Assembly: GCA_035693615.1 (NCBI GenBank)
Contig: DASSGH010000051.1
Span: forward strand, 12,608-76,607
Direction of reading: 5' to 3'
Length of the DNA: 64,000 nucleotides
Origin: Xanthobacteraceae bacterium
Lineage (GTDB): Bacteria; Pseudomonadota; Alphaproteobacteria; Rhizobiales; Xanthobacteraceae
In this document: positions 41,463 to 51,180 of the stretch, in pieces
How positions within the stretch are numbered: position 1 is the first letter of the stretch
Layout of the letters: the number at the start of each line of letters is the position of its first letter
Translations under genes and position numbers: made by a program
Notes under the pieces: generated by a model
Databases searched by the model: none
Told to the model about the DNA's origin: nothing
Seen by the model: only the letters and a program-made list of their open reading frames with translations

Positions 41463-41630
41463 CTAGTGCCCGGTTTTCGAAGTTCGTGATACAGCGCGGC
41501 ACCTTCGGGCACGAACTTCGAAAACCAAAGGGCACTAGCGACTCTACGATTCTAGTGCCGCTTTTCGATTTGAAATTCCTAACGCGGACTCGCGGCACAT
41601 GATGCAGGAATTTCAAATCGGCGGCACTAG
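41463..41630 (+). repeat. CTAG-bounded double-hairpin intergenic element, copy A (168 bp)
   Basis: Module 1 (41463-41538) has 26 paired positions. A 13-nt spacer follows. Module 2 (41552-41630) has 25 paired positions. It is 94% identical to 47449-47616 by hand alignment. Confidence 0.9.
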
Positions 41631-41635
41631 CCCGT

Positions 41636-42382
41636 TCAGCGGATGTTCTTGTAGGGCGGGCGCGGGATGCCGGCGTGCGCCGCGCGCAGCGCCGCCGACC
41701 AGCGCTCCCGCAGGTCGTGGAAATACGGCTCCCCTGGCTCGATCCGGAAGTTGAGTTCTGCGTCGCAGACGTCACGTCGCGCGATCAGCACGTCGATCGG
41801 CAGGCCCACGCTGAGATTTGAGCGCATGGTCGAATCGACGGAGACCAGGCCCACCTTGAGGGCATCGTAGAGATCGATGTCGTAGGTGATCGCGCGATCG
41901 AGCACCGGCTTGCCGTATTTGTGCTCGCCGATCTGCAGGTAGGGCGTATCCTGCGTGCATTCGATGAAATTGCCGGCGGCGTAGAGCATGAACAAGCGCG
42001 GCCGCTCGCCCTTGATCTGCCCGCCCAGCAGGAACGAGACGTCGAAATTCACTTCCGAAGCCTGGAGTGCCTCGCCCTCGATCTTGTGCAGTTGGCGGAT
42101 GATGTGGCCGACGCGCTGCGCCGCCTGAAACATGGTCGGTGCGTTCATCAGCGTCTCGGTTTCGCCGGTCTCGAGGTTTTCCCAGCCCTCGCGCAAAATG
42201 CTGACCACAGATTGACTGATGGAGAGGTTGCCGGCCGAGGCGATCGCCATGATGCGCTGGCCTGGCCGAATGAGGACATGCAGCTTGCGGAAGGTGGAAA
42301 TGTTATCGACGCCGGCGTTGGTGCGGGTGTCGGCGAACATCACGAGGCCGTCTCGCACCAGGATGCCACAGCAATAGGTCAT
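41636..42382 (-). CDS. proteasome-type peptidase, Anbu (ancestral beta subunit) family
   Basis: 248 aa. MTYCCGILVRDGLVMFADTRTNAG has Thr directly after Met, so there is no propeptide. It is in an operon with the alpha-E and circularly permuted ATP-grasp genes. Confidence 0.8.
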   Translation of the reverse strand: MTYCCGILVRDGLVMFADTRTNAGVDNISTFRKLHVLIRPGQRIMAIASAGNLSISQSVVSILREGWENLETGETETLMNAPTMFQAAQRVGHIIRQLHKIEGEALQASEVNFDVSFLLGGQIKGERPRLFMLYAAGNFIECTQDTPYLQIGEHKYGKPVLDRAITYDIDLYDALKVGLVSVDSTMRSNLSVGLPIDVLIARRDVCDAELNFRIEPGEPYFHDLRERWSAALRAAHAGIPRPPYKNIR

Positions 42383-42611
42383 GACGGTGCAGCGCTCCTG
42401 TCAGGCGGTCCGCGCCCTATATACCGATGCCGGCGGCCAGGCGGCAATCTTTCCTCAATTCTGGGTCTGCTGCGCCGCCTGCTCGGCATGCGCGAACAAA
42501 CGAGGACCGCTGAGGCCGAAGCATACTCGGCGAAACGGGCGAGGCCCACCGCAGTCGCGCGACGCCACGCCTCGCAGCAACTTTGTGCCGTCGCGGCAGC
42601 GTCCCGCCCTC

Positions 42612-43553
42612 TTACATCAGATACTGTTCGCTGATTGCGACGCCGAGGCGATTGTTGTCATCGATGAATTGACTGATGAATTCGTGCATTCCTTGCTGGA
42701 AAATCTCCTCCATGCGGCTGTTCTCGAGCCGCGCCCGCACGGTGCGGGCGTGGCGTTGGGCCGATCCCTGGCGGCCATAGGCGCGCGCGATATGGTCCAA
42801 ATTGACCACGAGGTTCTCGTAGCAGCTCGCCAGCGAGCGCGGCATTTCATCGCGCAAGATCAAGAGGTCGGCGATCAGCCAAGGCTTCACGCTCTCGCGA
42901 TAAACCCAATGATAGGCCGTCAGCGCCGATACCGAGCGCAGAATCGCCGACCATTGGAAATAATCGAGCGGCCCACCGACGCGCTCATGCGCCGGCAGCA
43001 GCATGTGATACTTCACGTCGAGGATGCGCGCCGTATTGTCGGCGCGCTCGATGAAGACGCCGAGACGGGAGAACCAGTAGGCGTCGTTGCGTAGCATAGT
43101 GCGGTAGGCGGAGCCGTCGAAGCGGAGCGAGGATTCCTGCACCCAGCGCAGGAAGCGCATGAATTCCTCGCGCGACGTCGAGCCGTTGCCGAAGCGTTTG
43201 AGCTCGAGCCACGTGCCGTTAATGGCGTCCCACATTTCCACGGTGAGTGCGGTGCGCACGGCACGTGCGTTGGTCCGCGCCAGCTCGAAGCAGTTGCGGA
43301 TGGAGGACGGGTTGGCGGTGGAAAAGCAGAGAAAATCCGTGACCGCCTCCTCGTTCGCCTCCGGATAGGCGGCGGCGAAAGCGTGCGCACAGCCGGCGGT
43401 CGCGACCGCCGATTCCCATTCGTTGGACGAACCGACATAGGCGAGCGGGAGCGTGGTGAGGCGCTGCGTGACCTCTAGGATGCGCGCGAGATACTCCGCG
43501 CGTTCCACGTAACGCGCCAGCCAATAGAGATTGTCGGCGGTGCGCGAGAGCAT
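42612..43553 (-). CDS. alpha-E domain-containing protein
   Basis: 313 aa. MLSRTADNLYWLARYVERAEYLARIL is the characteristic alpha-E N-terminus. Confidence 0.85.
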   Translation of the reverse strand: MLSRTADNLYWLARYVERAEYLARILEVTQRLTTLPLAYVGSSNEWESAVATAGCAHAFAAAYPEANEEAVTDFLCFSTANPSSIRNCFELARTNARAVRTALTVEMWDAINGTWLELKRFGNGSTSREEFMRFLRWVQESSLRFDGSAYRTMLRNDAYWFSRLGVFIERADNTARILDVKYHMLLPAHERVGGPLDYFQWSAILRSVSALTAYHWVYRESVKPWLIADLLILRDEMPRSLASCYENLVVNLDHIARAYGRQGSAQRHARTVRARLENSRMEEIFQQGMHEFISQFIDDNNRLGVAISEQYLM

Positions 43554-43637
43554 CTTTCTATCCGCAACGGCGTGTCGTGCGCTGCCGCAGCGACACGTCG
43601 TCTCGGCTCCATATCCGCAGCGATCGTGCGCTCCGCC

Positions 43638-45056
43638 TCATCGATCCAAGACCCAGGTGTCCTTGGTCCCGCCGCCCTGGCTGGAGTTGACCACGAGCGA
43701 GCCTCGCTTCAGCGCCACGCGGGTGAGGCCGCCTGGGACGATGCGGATGCGATCGCGCCCGGTCAGCACGAACGGGCGCAGATCGACATGGCGGGGCGCC
43801 ACTCCCTCTTCAACGCAGGTGGGGCAGGTCGAGAGCGCGAGCGTCGGCTGGGCGATGAAATTTTTCGGATTATATTTGAGCTTGGCGCGGAACGTTGCGA
43901 GCGTCCCCTTGTCGGCCATCGGTCCGATCAACATGCCGTAACCGCCCGAACCGTGCACCTCCTTGACCACGAGCTCATGGAGATTGTCGAGCACATAGGT
44001 GAGGTGTTCGGCTTCGCGGCAGCGCCAGGTGGGCACGTTGCGCAGGATCGGCTCCTCGCCCAAATAGAACTTCACGATCGCCGGCATGTAGCTGTAGACC
44101 GCCTTGTCGTCGGCGATGCCGGTCCCGACCGCGTTCGCCAGCGTGACGTTCCCGGCCTGGTAGACCGACATCAGCCCCGGCACTCCGAGCACGGAATCCG
44201 CGCGGAAGGCCAGCGGATCGAGAAAGTCGTCATCGATGCGTCGATAGATCACGTCGACGCGTTTGGGCCCTTGCGTCGTGCGCATGAACACGAGGTCGTC
44301 CTTCACGAACAGGTCGCGGCCCTCGACCAGTTCGACGCCGAGCTTGTCGGCAAGGAACGAGTGCTCGTAATAGGCGGAATTGTAGACGCCCGGCGTGAGC
44401 AGCACGACCGTCGGGTCGGCACTGGCGCTCGCAGGCGCGACCGACTTCAAGGTTGCCAGCAACTCGTCCGGATAGTTCTCAACCGGAGCCACCCGATGGC
44501 GGGCGAAGAGTTCCGGGAACAGGCGCAGCATGATTTCCCGGTTCTCCAGCATGTAGGAGACGCCGGAGGGCGTGCGCGCGTTGTCCTCGAGCACGTAGAA
44601 GCTCTCGGCGTCGACGCGAACGACGTCGATGCCGCCGATATGAACATAGATGTCGTGCGGTACCTTTTGGCCGTTCATCTCCGGGCGGAACACCGGATTT
44701 TGGAACACCAGTTCTTCCGGCACGACGCCCGCCTTGAGAATCTCGCGTCTGGTGTAGACGTCGCGGAGGAAGAGATTGATGGCTTTGACGCGCTGTTCGA
44801 GCCCGGCGCGCAGAATGTCCCACTCGGCGGCGGCAAGGATGCGCGGCAGCACGTCGAAGGGAATGAGCCGCTCCTGCGCGTCCGCTTCGCCGTAGACTGC
44901 AAAGGTGATGCCGATGCGGCGGAAGAGCACCTCCGCCTCGCGCCGCCGGTAGTCCAGCACATCCGAGGGTATGACGGAGAGCCAGCGAAACAGCTCGTTG
45001 TAGGCAGGCCGCAAGGTCCCGTCGGCGCCTTTCATCTCGTCGAACGCGGCCAACAT
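43638..45056 (-). CDS. circularly permuted type 2 ATP-grasp protein
   Basis: I prefer the start at MLAAFDEMKGADGTLRPAYNEL (45054-45056). The 472-aa product has a sequence typical of the CP_ATPgrasp_2 family that partners alpha-E. Confidence 0.85.
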   Translation of the reverse strand: MLAAFDEMKGADGTLRPAYNELFRWLSVIPSDVLDYRRREAEVLFRRIGITFAVYGEADAQERLIPFDVLPRILAAAEWDILRAGLEQRVKAINLFLRDVYTRREILKAGVVPEELVFQNPVFRPEMNGQKVPHDIYVHIGGIDVVRVDAESFYVLEDNARTPSGVSYMLENREIMLRLFPELFARHRVAPVENYPDELLATLKSVAPASASADPTVVLLTPGVYNSAYYEHSFLADKLGVELVEGRDLFVKDDLVFMRTTQGPKRVDVIYRRIDDDFLDPLAFRADSVLGVPGLMSVYQAGNVTLANAVGTGIADDKAVYSYMPAIVKFYLGEEPILRNVPTWRCREAEHLTYVLDNLHELVVKEVHGSGGYGMLIGPMADKGTLATFRAKLKYNPKNFIAQPTLALSTCPTCVEEGVAPRHVDLRPFVLTGRDRIRIVPGGLTRVALKRGSLVVNSSQGGGTKDTWVLDR

Positions 45057-45379
45057 GGCTGTTCCCCGCTCCTGCGCTCTCGTCGCCGGCGCCTGCACAA
45101 TCCTAGCTGCAAGCCACGCGCCAACCAAAGGGGTATCGGCTGGGCGCAGACAATCCCCGTCTGCCCAGCTTTTGGGCGGCGGCTGATGAAGGAATGACGC
45201 CGCGCGTCACGTGGCGTTTTGCTTGGCCGCTACGGCGCGAACACCCGCTTGAGACGTTCGATCAGCGGGCGCGTGCTCGCGTAAATCCGGCCAGGCAAGC
45301 GCATGGGCCTACGACGTGCGAAGCACAGAGGAGGCCGCATGACCGTGACGCGGCTGATCGCGCGCGCAGCTTGATCCGC

Positions 45380-46012
45380 TTACGCCGGGATTGGAACGTC
45401 GCCGACATCCTTGGGCACTTTGTAGCCCTTCTGCACGGCCGGACGCTTGGCGATGGTCGTGTACCAGCGCTTCACGTTGGGGTACGCGCTGAGGTCGATG
45501 GTCTGCCATTCGTACCGCGACACCCACGGCCAGATGGCGATGTCGGCGATGGAATAACCGTCGGCGACGAACTCGTGTCCGGCGAGTCTGCGGTCGAGCA
45601 CGCCGTAGAGTCGCTGCGCCTCCTTGAGGAAGCGCTCCTCGGCGTAGGGCGCCTTGCCTTTGTTGTATTTCACGAAATGGTGGACTTGGCCGAACATCGG
45701 TCCGGGTCCTCCCATCTGCCACATCAGCCATTCGAGCACGCGGTAGCGCGGCTCGCCCGATTTCGGCAGCAGCTTTCCGGTTTTGTCGGCGAGATAGATC
45801 ATGATCGCGGCCGATTCCATCAGGCTAATGCCGGTGTCGTGGTCGATGATGGCGGGGATGCGGTTGTTCGGGCTTATCTTCAAGAACTCAGGCTTGAACT
45901 GCTCGTCCTTGCTGATGTCGACGGGGTGTGCGGTATAGGGCAGAGCCAACTCCTCGAGCAGGATTGAGGCTTTGCGGCCATTGGGCGTCGTCCAGGTATA
46001 GAGATCGATCAC
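45380..46012 (-). CDS. glutathione S-transferase (YfcG/Nu-class-like)
   Basis: 210 aa, MIDLYTWTTPNGRKASILLEELALPY...ISPNNRIPAIID...ESAAIMIYLA. Confidence 0.8.
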   Translation of the reverse strand: MIDLYTWTTPNGRKASILLEELALPYTAHPVDISKDEQFKPEFLKISPNNRIPAIIDHDTGISLMESAAIMIYLADKTGKLLPKSGEPRYRVLEWLMWQMGGPGPMFGQVHHFVKYNKGKAPYAEERFLKEAQRLYGVLDRRLAGHEFVADGYSIADIAIWPWVSRYEWQTIDLSAYPNVKRWYTTIAKRPAVQKGYKVPKDVGDVPIPA

Positions 46013-46068
46013 GGTTTTCCTTCCTGTGGTCGCGGTTCGACGTGAATGCGGTTTGAAAATTTCGCACG

Positions 46069-46234
46069 CTAGTGTCCCGATTCCGAAGTTCGCATCATGG
46101 TGCTGCAGCCTCGTCTGCGAACTTCGGAATCGAAGGACACTCGCAACTTATTGATCTAGTGTGGCTTTGGTTCAGAAGTCCGCATTTCGGTTTCGCTGCA
46201 AAGAATGATGGGGACTTCTGAACCGCCACACTAG
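46069..46234 (+). repeat. CTAG-bounded double-hairpin intergenic element, divergent copy C (166 bp)
   Basis: It has the same two-module architecture and orientation as copies A and B but a different stem sequence, with paired (compensatory) changes. Module 1 is 46069-46143 and module 2 is 46156-46234. Confidence 0.85.
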
Positions 46235-46327
46235 CGGGCTGAGCCGAGCGTGGTAGCCGGAAATCGCAACCGCGTCGATGCGAAAATTGCCGCGCGAAGT
46301 GCCACGGCGGCGGCAGGAGTGGCGCAG

Positions 46328-47428
<1,101 letters not shown>

Positions 47429-47448
47429 CGCAGGCCTCCGATATCGGG

Positions 47449-47616
47449 CTAGTGCCCGGTTTTCGAAGTTCGTGATACAGCGCGGCACACTCGGGCACGA
47501 ACTTCGAAAACCAAAGGGCACTAGCAGCTCTATGATTCTAGTGCCGCTTTTCGATTTGAAATTCCTGAGGCGGACTCGCGGCACACCGTGCAGGAATTTC
47601 AAATCGGCGGCACTAG
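47449..47616 (+). repeat. CTAG-bounded double-hairpin intergenic element, copy B (168 bp)
   Basis: Twin of copy A. Ten mismatches in 168 nt, all in the two loops or the spacer. Confidence 0.9.
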
Positions 47617-47691
47617 CGTACAAGAACACGCGACACGAAATGGTTCCGCACGGCGGCACGATGTGTTCCGGCGCTTTCGACCGCCGTCCGT

Positions 47692-49569
47692 CTAAGCGTC
47701 ATGCGCGAGCGACACGACGAGCACGTCGGGATCGGGCGTCGACGCGAACAGCCGTTCGACGTCGCCCTTGCGCCGTTCGAGCGCAAGGCGCTGGTTGATG
47801 TAGCCTTTGTCGGTGATCTCATTGGCGTCGATCGAGGGGGCATCGGAGAAGAGCAGCACGCGTGCGATCTTTTGCGATGAGCCGGAATGCTCGGCATTCC
47901 AGCGGGCGATGGCGCGTCGGACGTGCTCGCGCAGGCCGGGATGACGGGCAAGCTCGGGGAGCGGCGCGTCGCAGCCGATGAGCTTGCGGCAGCCGGCGGC
48001 ATTGAGCCAGGCCAACATGCCGATCGACTCGCGGTTCTCGCCGGCAATGATGGCGTCTTGCAGCGCAGGGGAGGCGGCGGCGAGCGCGCCGACGCGCAGC
48101 ACGCCGACAGCGACCCAGGTGCCGGTGGCGAGCTTGAAATCTTCCGCCAGGCGCCCGTCGAAGATGATGCCTCGGCGCGGATCGGCGGGGTCGGCAAAGC
48201 GCACGGCATCGCCGGGCATATAGAAGCCTTCCTCGTCGAAGGCCGCACGCGTGAGGTCGGGCCGCTTCCAGTAGCCGGGCGTCACGTTCGGGCCGCGCAC
48301 GCGCACCTCGAGCTTGTCGGCGACGGGAACGAGCTTGAGTTCGACGCCGGGGACGGGCACCCCGACCGGGCCCGCCCGCTCGATCAAGAAATGCGCGGCG
48401 GTCGAGCACGGAGACGTCTCAGTCGTGCCCCAGGACGAGGTCATCGGCACCCGTTCGCCGATAGCGCGCAGCGACGCCGCCTCGAGCCGCTCCCACAGGT
48501 CCTGCGGCAGGGCAGCGCCGGCATAGAAGATCAGGCGCAACTTGGCGAAAAACGCGCGCGCCAACGCCTCGTCGCGCTCGAGAAACGGCAGCAGTGCCGC
48601 ATAGCCCGCCGGCACGTTGAAAAAGATCGTGGGCGAGACCTCGGCGAGGTTGCGCGCGGTTTCCTCGATCAGCCCCGGCACCGGCTTGCCGCCGTCGATG
48701 AACAGCGTGCCGGCATGGCGCAGCACCATATTGAAATTGTGGTTGCCGCCGAAGGTGTGGTTCCACGGCAGCCAATCGAGCAGCACGAAAGGCTGCTCGT
48801 CCAGAAACGGCCAAACCTGCGCGAGCTGCTCCTGGTTTGCCGTGAGCATGCCGTGAGTATTGATCACGCCCTTGGGCAGGCCGGTCGAACCGGAGGTGAA
48901 CAGGAATTTGGCAATCGTATCGGCGGCGATCGCCGCGGCGGCATTCTCCAGTGCCGGGCCGGCGCGACCCTGCAGCATCTGATCGAAGCCGGTGACGTCC
49001 TCGATATTAGCGCCATTGCGGGTTGCCACGAGCTCGACCTTGGCGAGATCGAGAGCGGCGAGGGCTTTGGCGAACGGAGCGGTATCGGCGACATAGATGA
49101 GGCCGGGCGCCAGCAAGGCGTCGATATGCTTGAGCTTGGCGTGATCTTGGCTCTGCAAGGAGTAAGCGACCGAGATCGGCGCCACCGGAATGCCGGCGGT
49201 GTAACCGGCGAGCGTGAGCAGCGCGTGGTCGATGGCGTTGGCGGAGAGGATCATCACCGGCCGCTCGGCCGAGAGCCCGCGTTCGATCAGCCCAGCTGCC
49301 AGTCGATCGACCAATGGACGCGCGGCCGCATAGGTCAATTTGCGCCAGTTGGTCCCCTCGCGTTCGGCCAGGAAGATGCCTGCGGGGTTGCGTTCGACTG
49401 CGGCGCGGAAAAGCCGTGCCAGGCTCGGATCGTGCGGCGCCAGAGCGTCACGCGAGCGGCAGCGCAACGCACCATCGGCGCCGCGCTCGCAGGCGATGTG
49501 CGGGGCCGCATAGGCGATCGGGCGTACCGGGGCCGGTGCTGGCATATAGTCTCCGCGCGTCAACTGCAT
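47692..49569 (-). CDS. AMP-binding acyl-CoA synthetase, feruloyl-CoA synthase-like
   Basis: 625 aa with the AMP-binding motif FTSGSTGLPKGV and a length and N-terminal region like Fcs-type ligases. The start may be 49545. Confidence 0.7.
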   Translation of the reverse strand: MQLTRGDYMPAPAPVRPIAYAAPHIACERGADGALRCRSRDALAPHDPSLARLFRAAVERNPAGIFLAEREGTNWRKLTYAAARPLVDRLAAGLIERGLSAERPVMILSANAIDHALLTLAGYTAGIPVAPISVAYSLQSQDHAKLKHIDALLAPGLIYVADTAPFAKALAALDLAKVELVATRNGANIEDVTGFDQMLQGRAGPALENAAAAIAADTIAKFLFTSGSTGLPKGVINTHGMLTANQEQLAQVWPFLDEQPFVLLDWLPWNHTFGGNHNFNMVLRHAGTLFIDGGKPVPGLIEETARNLAEVSPTIFFNVPAGYAALLPFLERDEALARAFFAKLRLIFYAGAALPQDLWERLEAASLRAIGERVPMTSSWGTTETSPCSTAAHFLIERAGPVGVPVPGVELKLVPVADKLEVRVRGPNVTPGYWKRPDLTRAAFDEEGFYMPGDAVRFADPADPRRGIIFDGRLAEDFKLATGTWVAVGVLRVGALAAASPALQDAIIAGENRESIGMLAWLNAAGCRKLIGCDAPLPELARHPGLREHVRRAIARWNAEHSGSSQKIARVLLFSDAPSIDANEITDKGYINQRLALERRKGDVERLFASTPDPDVLVVSLAHDA

Positions 49570-49687
49570 CGGAAAGCCGCCCTCGCGCTGATCGGGGAGC
49601 TTCCCCCCGGTGAATGACTTGAAGGATCATAACCCACAATGGCAGGGTAGGGATGGTCCTGCATCCGCGCGGCAGCCTTCGGTCACC

Positions 49688-50464
49688 ATGCCAACAGCCG
49701 ACTCATCCCCGCCGAAAGAAGTCGTCACCGCCGCGTTGCTGGTGATCGGGGAAGAAATCCTCTCCGGCCGCACCAAGGACAAGAACATCGGCTATATCGC
49801 CGAATACCTGACTGCGCTGGGCATCGATCTCAGGGAAGTCCGCCTCGTCGGCGACGAGGAGGGGTCGATCGTGGAGGCGCTCAATGCGCTGCGCCAGCGC
49901 TATACCTACGTCTTCACCACCGGTGGCATCGGGCCGACCCACGACGACATCACCGCCGATTGCGTCGCCAAGGCGTTCGGGGTGCCGATCGACGTCGATC
50001 CGCGGGCGCTCGCCATCCTGCAGGAGCGGATGCGCACGACGGGGGTGGAAATGAACGAAGCGCGCTTGCGCATGACGCGGATTCCCAAGGGTGCGGACCT
50101 CGTGGAAAACAAGGTCTCCGCCGCCCCCGGGTTCTGGATCGGCAATGTCATCGTCATGGCCGGCGTGCCGACCATCATGCAGGCGATGCTCGACGAGGTT
50201 GCCCCCAAGCTCAAAACCGGGATTCGCATCTTGTCGCAGACGCTGCGGGCGGATGCGCGCGAGGGCGACATCGGCACCCAGCTCGGCGAAATCGCCAAGG
50301 CCAACCCCGAGGTCGCGATCGGCAGCTATCCGTTCTTCGATCCGCAGCACGGGCCCAATACCAACGTCGTCTTGCGCGCGCGCGACGCAAAAAAGCTCGC
50401 GGTTGCCACGCGCGCGGTCGAAGACATGCTGCAGCGGGTGAGAGGCGCGCAATCGGGCCGGTGA
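49688..50464 (+). CDS. molybdopterin-binding protein (CinA N-terminal domain-like)
   Basis: I prefer the start at MPTADSSPP (49688). The pattern is ALLVIGEEILSGRTKDKNIGYIAEYL...TTGGIGPTHDDIT. Confidence 0.75.
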   Translation: MPTADSSPPKEVVTAALLVIGEEILSGRTKDKNIGYIAEYLTALGIDLREVRLVGDEEGSIVEALNALRQRYTYVFTTGGIGPTHDDITADCVAKAFGVPIDVDPRALAILQERMRTTGVEMNEARLRMTRIPKGADLVENKVSAAPGFWIGNVIVMAGVPTIMQAMLDEVAPKLKTGIRILSQTLRADAREGDIGTQLGEIAKANPEVAIGSYPFFDPQHGPNTNVVLRARDAKKLAVATRAVEDMLQRVRGAQSGR

Positions 50465-50558
50465 CCGCGTTACCAATCTCACCGTGCTGGCGCGGTCGCG
50501 ATATCCGGTCCCCATTATCGGTGCTAAAATCACAAGGGGCGTGGGGGAGGAGAGCGTC

Positions 50559-51146
50559 ATGCCGATTGATCCCACCCGCCGCCGATTGCTCGCCGCGAGC
50601 GCGCTCGCCGCGGCCGGGCTTGTGCTCGATGATGCTCTCGCAGAGCCGCTCGCACCAACGCCGCAATGCCACGACGGCGATGCGCCGACCGTCCGGCAGA
50701 CCGAAGGCCCGTATTTCAAGCCAAGTTCGCCGCAACGCGCCGATCTCGTCGAGCCCAGCAGCAACGCGCGGCTGGTCGAGCTGACGGGGCGGATCCTCAC
50801 CCGCTCCTGCCGGCCGCTGCCGCAGGCGCTCGTCGATCTCTGGCACGCCGACGAGCGCGGCGAGTACGACAATGGCGGCTTCCGCTATCGCGGACACCTG
50901 TTCACGGACGCGGACGGTCAATTCCGCTTCCGCACGATATTGCCGGCGCTCTATACCGGCCGTACTCGCCACTACCACGTCAAAGTGCAGGCGCCGCAGC
51001 AGCGCGTGCTCACCACCCAGCTCTATTTTCCGGACGAGCCGATGAACCGGCGCGACGGCTTGTTCCGCCGCGAGCTGGTGATGCGAATGGCCGAGGCGGG
51101 GGATGCACTCGCCGCGCGGTTCGATTTCGTCCTCGACATGCGCTAG
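50559..51146 (+). CDS. intradiol ring-cleavage dioxygenase family protein with Tat-type signal
   Basis: I prefer the start at [21 protein letters not shown] (50559). It shows TEGPYF, LWHAD..G.Y and RTRHYH motifs. Confidence 0.75.
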   Translation: MPIDPTRRRLLAASALAAAGLVLDDALAEPLAPTPQCHDGDAPTVRQTEGPYFKPSSPQRADLVEPSSNARLVELTGRILTRSCRPLPQALVDLWHADERGEYDNGGFRYRGHLFTDADGQFRFRTILPALYTGRTRHYHVKVQAPQQRVLTTQLYFPDEPMNRRDGLFRRELVMRMAEAGDALAARFDFVLDMR

Positions 51147-51180
51147 AAGGCGCCAGCCTTTTCATTCCCCGGGGGAGAGG

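Noticed and set aside
41378-41775. ORFs 41378-41602 (+) and 41395-41775 (-), plus the similar peptides in 47382-47798 (+) and in the first 77 codons of 46328-47659 (-)
   Set aside because: The shared peptides (ARFSKFVIQRGT.GHELRKPKGTS, CITNFENRAL) are just translations of the double-hairpin repeat. They have no RBS, and they overlap real gene ends.
43572-45197. 541-aa plus-strand ORF
   Set aside because: It is antisense to the circularly permuted ATP-grasp gene. It is a shadow ORF.
47887-49617. 576-aa plus-strand ORF
   Set aside because: It is antisense to the AMP-binding ligase gene. It is a shadow ORF.
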